Source of the DNA: Campylobacterales bacterium
GTDB lineage: Bacteria; Campylobacterota; Campylobacteria; Campylobacterales; Sulfurimonadaceae
Assembly (NCBI GenBank): GCA_038205935.1
Contig: JBBRBK010000072.1
Location: 1-10,394 of the forward strand
DNA: 10,394 bases
Direction: 5' to 3'
Shown here one piece after another: positions 8,266-10,394 of the stretch (positions within the stretch are counted from its first letter, which is position 1; every line of letters begins with the position of its first letter). The notes beneath the pieces are model-generated. The model made no database searches. It had not been told where the DNA came from and was given only the letters and a program-made list of their open reading frames with translations. The translations under genes and the position numbers were made by a program.

Positions 8266-8298
8266 TTTGGACTTGATTTGGCGTTTTTTTTAATGTGA

Positions 8299-8335
8299 AT
8301 TTTGATAGCATACCAAAATCAAAATGAGTACGGAG
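8299..8335 (+). promoter_or_regulatory. Putative extended -10 promoter with overlapping palindrome, plus RBS, for the cytochrome c gene
   Basis: TGa-TAGCAT (8303-8311) lies within the inverted repeat ATTTTGAT (8299-8306) / ATCAAAAT (8318-8325). GGAG RBS at 8332-8335, 5 nt before the ATG at 8341. Confidence 0.35.
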
Positions 8336-8340
8336 ATTAT

Positions 8341-8733
8341 ATGAAAAAACTGTTGATAAGTTTAAGCTTATTGGGTGCTATTGGAGTCCAAGCAAGCGAG
8401 GATATTCCTTTAAATATGAAAAATATGAGAGATGGAATGATTCTTATACAAGATGGATTTTTATATAATAAAAAAGAATTAATTTTAAGTGGTATTACAA
8501 AGATTCAAAAAGAAAATAGTATCTTTCAAGATGCAAAATGTGCTGAAGCTATTTTGCCAAAAGAGAAGAAAAAATATGCAACAATCGCTTATATAAGTGC
8601 AAAAAATTTAAATATGTATCTTGCTAAAATGAAAGATTTCATTGATGAAAACAGTACTGTAAATGCCTCAGATGCTTACTCTGGTGTAGTTCAGAGCTGT
8701 ACGCATTGTCACGCTATAACAAGAGGCTGGTAG
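8341..8733 (+). CDS. Periplasmic monoheme cytochrome c with C-terminal CXXCH (class II / cytochrome c'- or c556-like topology)
   Basis: 130 aa from ATG 8341, which has a GGAG RBS. Sec-type signal peptide MKKLLISLSLLGAIGVQA, helical-looking body, and a single CTHCH (8698-8712) six residues before the C-terminus. Confidence 0.8.
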   Translation: MKKLLISLSLLGAIGVQASEDIPLNMKNMRDGMILIQDGFLYNKKELILSGITKIQKENSIFQDAKCAEAILPKEKKKYATIAYISAKNLNMYLAKMKDFIDENSTVNASDAYSGVVQSCTHCHAITRGW

Positions 8734-8747
8734 GCCTTTCGTTTTTT
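8722..8747 (+). terminator. Weak intrinsic terminator candidate after the cytochrome c gene
   Basis: AGAGGCT-GGTA-GGCCTTT stem (two G-U pairs) overlapping the TAG stop, followed by CG and T6 (8742-8747). Confidence 0.3.
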
Positions 8748-9516
8748 ATTGGAATGTTGTTCCACCATCAATTACGATAGCTTGACCTGTCATCCAAGAA
8801 GATGCACTTGAGCATAAAAATAGACATGCACCAGTGAGATCTTGGGCTTCACCCATTCTGCTAAGTGGTGAACGCCTTACTACTTCTTCTTTTACTTCTT
8901 CATAATTTGGAAATGCTTTTAATGCATCTGTATCAATTGGACCGCCACTGACTGCGTTAACACGGATCCCTTTTTCGCCAAGTTCAGCTGCCGCGTAACG
9001 AACCATCGTTTCGACTGCCGCTTTGTTCGTTCCATGACCTGCATAGTTTGGAGTATAAACCAAGTTCCCAGTAGAACTCATACTGATGATGCTTCCACCA
9101 CCCACTTTTTCCATACGTTTTGCCGCTTCTTGTGCGCCAACTACAAAAGCATCAACTGTTGCAATATAGATATTATTTAAACCTTTTGGTTTGAGACGCA
9201 TAAATGGACCAAATCCACCGACAACCGCACGGCCAGAGATGATAGCATTTGAGATAAAAAAGTCAAGACGGTCAAAATCAGCATCAAAAAGTGTGTAAAC
9301 ATCTTTATATGTATCAGGCTCTAAAATATTGAGCAGATATGCTCTCGCTTTAATACCGTATTTTGCTTCAACATCTGCAACGATCTCATTTGCAGCATCA
9401 GCACTTGAAGCATAGGTAAATGCAACATTACACCCTTGAGCAGCGAAAGCGTAAACGATAGCTTTCCCGATTCCACGAGTTCCGCCACTTATAAATAGAG
9501 TCTTTCCATTCATCAT
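8746..9516 (-). CDS. fabL: Enoyl-ACP reductase, FabL-like SDR (often annotated as 7-alpha-hydroxysteroid dehydrogenase)
   Basis: SGGTRGIG Rossmann motif, catalytic Y-x6-K (YAGHGTNK), and NAVSGGPIDTDALKAFPN, which resembles Bacillus FabL. AAGGA RBS and a TAATG overlap with the dapA stop. The start could be 9516 or 9513. Confidence 0.75.
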   Translation of the reverse strand: MMNGKTLFISGGTRGIGKAIVYAFAAQGCNVAFTYASSADAANEIVADVEAKYGIKARAYLLNILEPDTYKDVYTLFDADFDRLDFFISNAIISGRAVVGGFGPFMRLKPKGLNNIYIATVDAFVVGAQEAAKRMEKVGGGSIISMSSTGNLVYTPNYAGHGTNKAAVETMVRYAAAELGEKGIRVNAVSGGPIDTDALKAFPNYEEVKEEVVRRSPLSRMGEAQDLTGACLFLCSSASSWMTGQAIVIDGGTTFQ

Positions 9517-10394
9517 TACAATCCTTTAATCGTATAGTTTTTCATAACAGCTTCTAGCTTTGTCAAATTCTCAGCACTTGGCGGGACAAGAGGCAGTCTG
9601 TATTCAAGGGTATCAATAAGTCCAGCCACATACATAGCTGCCTTTATCATAACAGGATTTGATTCTACAAAGAGCACTTTATTGATAGGGTAAAGCATAT
9701 CATTAATCGCCTTTGCTCCTGCAAAGTCACCAGCAAGGGCAAGTCTAACAAGTTCACTTTTTAAATCTGGAAGTAAGTTGCTTGTCACAGAAGTGATACC
9801 CGCTCCACCGTTTGCAAGAATAGGGTAGTCGATTGCATCATCGCCACTGAAAACTTTGAGATCAGGTCTGCGTGAAAGAAGTTCTATAGTTCTCTCAATA
9901 CTTCCAGTAGCTTCTTTGATCCCGTAAATATTTTTTACATCATCAAAGAGTCTTATGACTGTATCTGCCAAGATATCCACACCAGTACGACCTGGAACAT
10001 TGTAAAGCATAAATGGCATATCAGGCACTGACTCAGCTATGGCTTTATAGTGTTGATAAAGTCCTTCTTGAGAAGGTTTGACATAGTAAGGAGCAACTGA
10101 AAAGATAGCATCTACGCCGCACTCTTGCGCCATTTTTGCTGTTTGTATCGCTTCAGCTGTTGAGTTGCTTCCAGCGCCTGCGAGGACTTTTGTATTTGTG
10201 CCCTTACAAACTTCTACGGCAATTTCCATACATCTTCTATCTTCATCGTGAGTAAGAGTCGCGCTCTCTCCCGTAGTTCCAACAGGACAAACTGCGTCAA
10301 TGCCGTTGTTGATCTGACGTTGTATTAATTTTGCGTAAGAGCTCTCATCAAGTTTTCCATTTTTAAATGGGGTGATGAGTGCGGTTGTTGAACC
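9516..10394 (-). CDS. dapA: 4-hydroxy-tetrahydrodipicolinate synthase (5' end just outside window)
   Basis: The frame stays open to the window edge: GSTTALITPFKNGKLD...VGTTGESATLTHDEDRRC, then the listed ORF with APYY, LYNVPGRTG, GIKEATG (Schiff-base Lys), SGDD and ESNP. Confidence 0.95.
   Translation of the reverse strand, partial: GSTTALITPFKNGKLDESSYAKLIQRQINNGIDAVCPVGTTGESATLTHDEDRRCMEIAVEVCKGTNTKVLAGAGSNSTAEAIQTAKMAQECGVDAIFSVAPYYVKPSQEGLYQHYKAIAESVPDMPFMLYNVPGRTGVDILADTVIRLFDDVKNIYGIKEATGSIERTIELLSRRPDLKVFSGDDAIDYPILANGGAGITSVTSNLLPDLKSELVRLALAGDFAGAKAINDMLYPINKVLFVESNPVMIKAAMYVAGLIDTLEYRLPLVPPSAENLTKLEAVMKNYTIKGL

Noticed and set aside
8277..8295. Sigma54 promoter (TTTGGCG...) upstream of the cytochrome c
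   Set aside because: There is no GC at the -12 position relative to the GG at 8280-8281 (AA is found instead).
426..8311. Short antisense or overlapping ORFs (426-650, 1216-1446, 1477-1788, 1991-2191, 2709-2927, 2851-3093, 3101-3541, 3548-3916, 4268-4591, 4588-4854, 5462-5701, 6750-6944, 7176-7397, 8123-8311)
   Set aside because: They are shadows of well-supported genes and have no recognisable motifs.
8302..8322. Canonical FNR box
   Set aside because: The TTGAT and ATCAA half-sites are separated by 11 nt rather than 4.
8302..8340. TTG start at 8302 for the cytochrome c
   Set aside because: ATG 8341 has a GGAG RBS and begins a canonical signal peptide. The extension overlaps the likely promoter.
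10227..10229. dapA start at 10229 as in the ORF track
   Set aside because: The frame is open to the window edge and encodes the conserved ALITPF and GTTGES motifs upstream, so the true start is outside the window.
1..10394. CRISPR arrays, IS elements, tRNA/rRNA genes, riboswitches
   Set aside because: The window is almost fully coding. The longest intergenic gap is 123 bp and shows no such structure.

Overview
AT-rich (roughly 35% GC by eye) chromosomal window from a Campylobacterota (Sulfurimonas/Sulfuricurvum-like) bacterium, inferred from the FlgS orthologue, the HQWRQPL-type kinase H-box and the gene order. The left half (+ strand) is a tightly packed putative operon: the 3' end of an M18 aminopeptidase, the flagellar sensor kinase flgS, a cytoplasmic FIST (NosP-like) histidine kinase, a sensor-less REC-HisKA-HATPase-REC-Hpt hybrid kinase, and an uncharacterised SAM-dependent methyltransferase. 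The FIST kinase is interrupted by a single in-frame TGA in its G1 box (2905-2907) but is otherwise intact through 3111. The right half (- strand) is a housekeeping run: dapA (5'-truncated by the window), a FabL-like enoyl-ACP reductase, pgsA, rseP and yggS. A small periplasmic cytochrome c with a C-terminal CXXCH lies in the opposite orientation between the reductase and pgsA. I saw no mobile elements, CRISPR arrays or RNA genes. The main points of interest are the in-frame UGA with a downstream stem-loop, the three-kinase cassette coupled to flgS, and a perfect inverted repeat formed by the identical last codons of two convergent genes.
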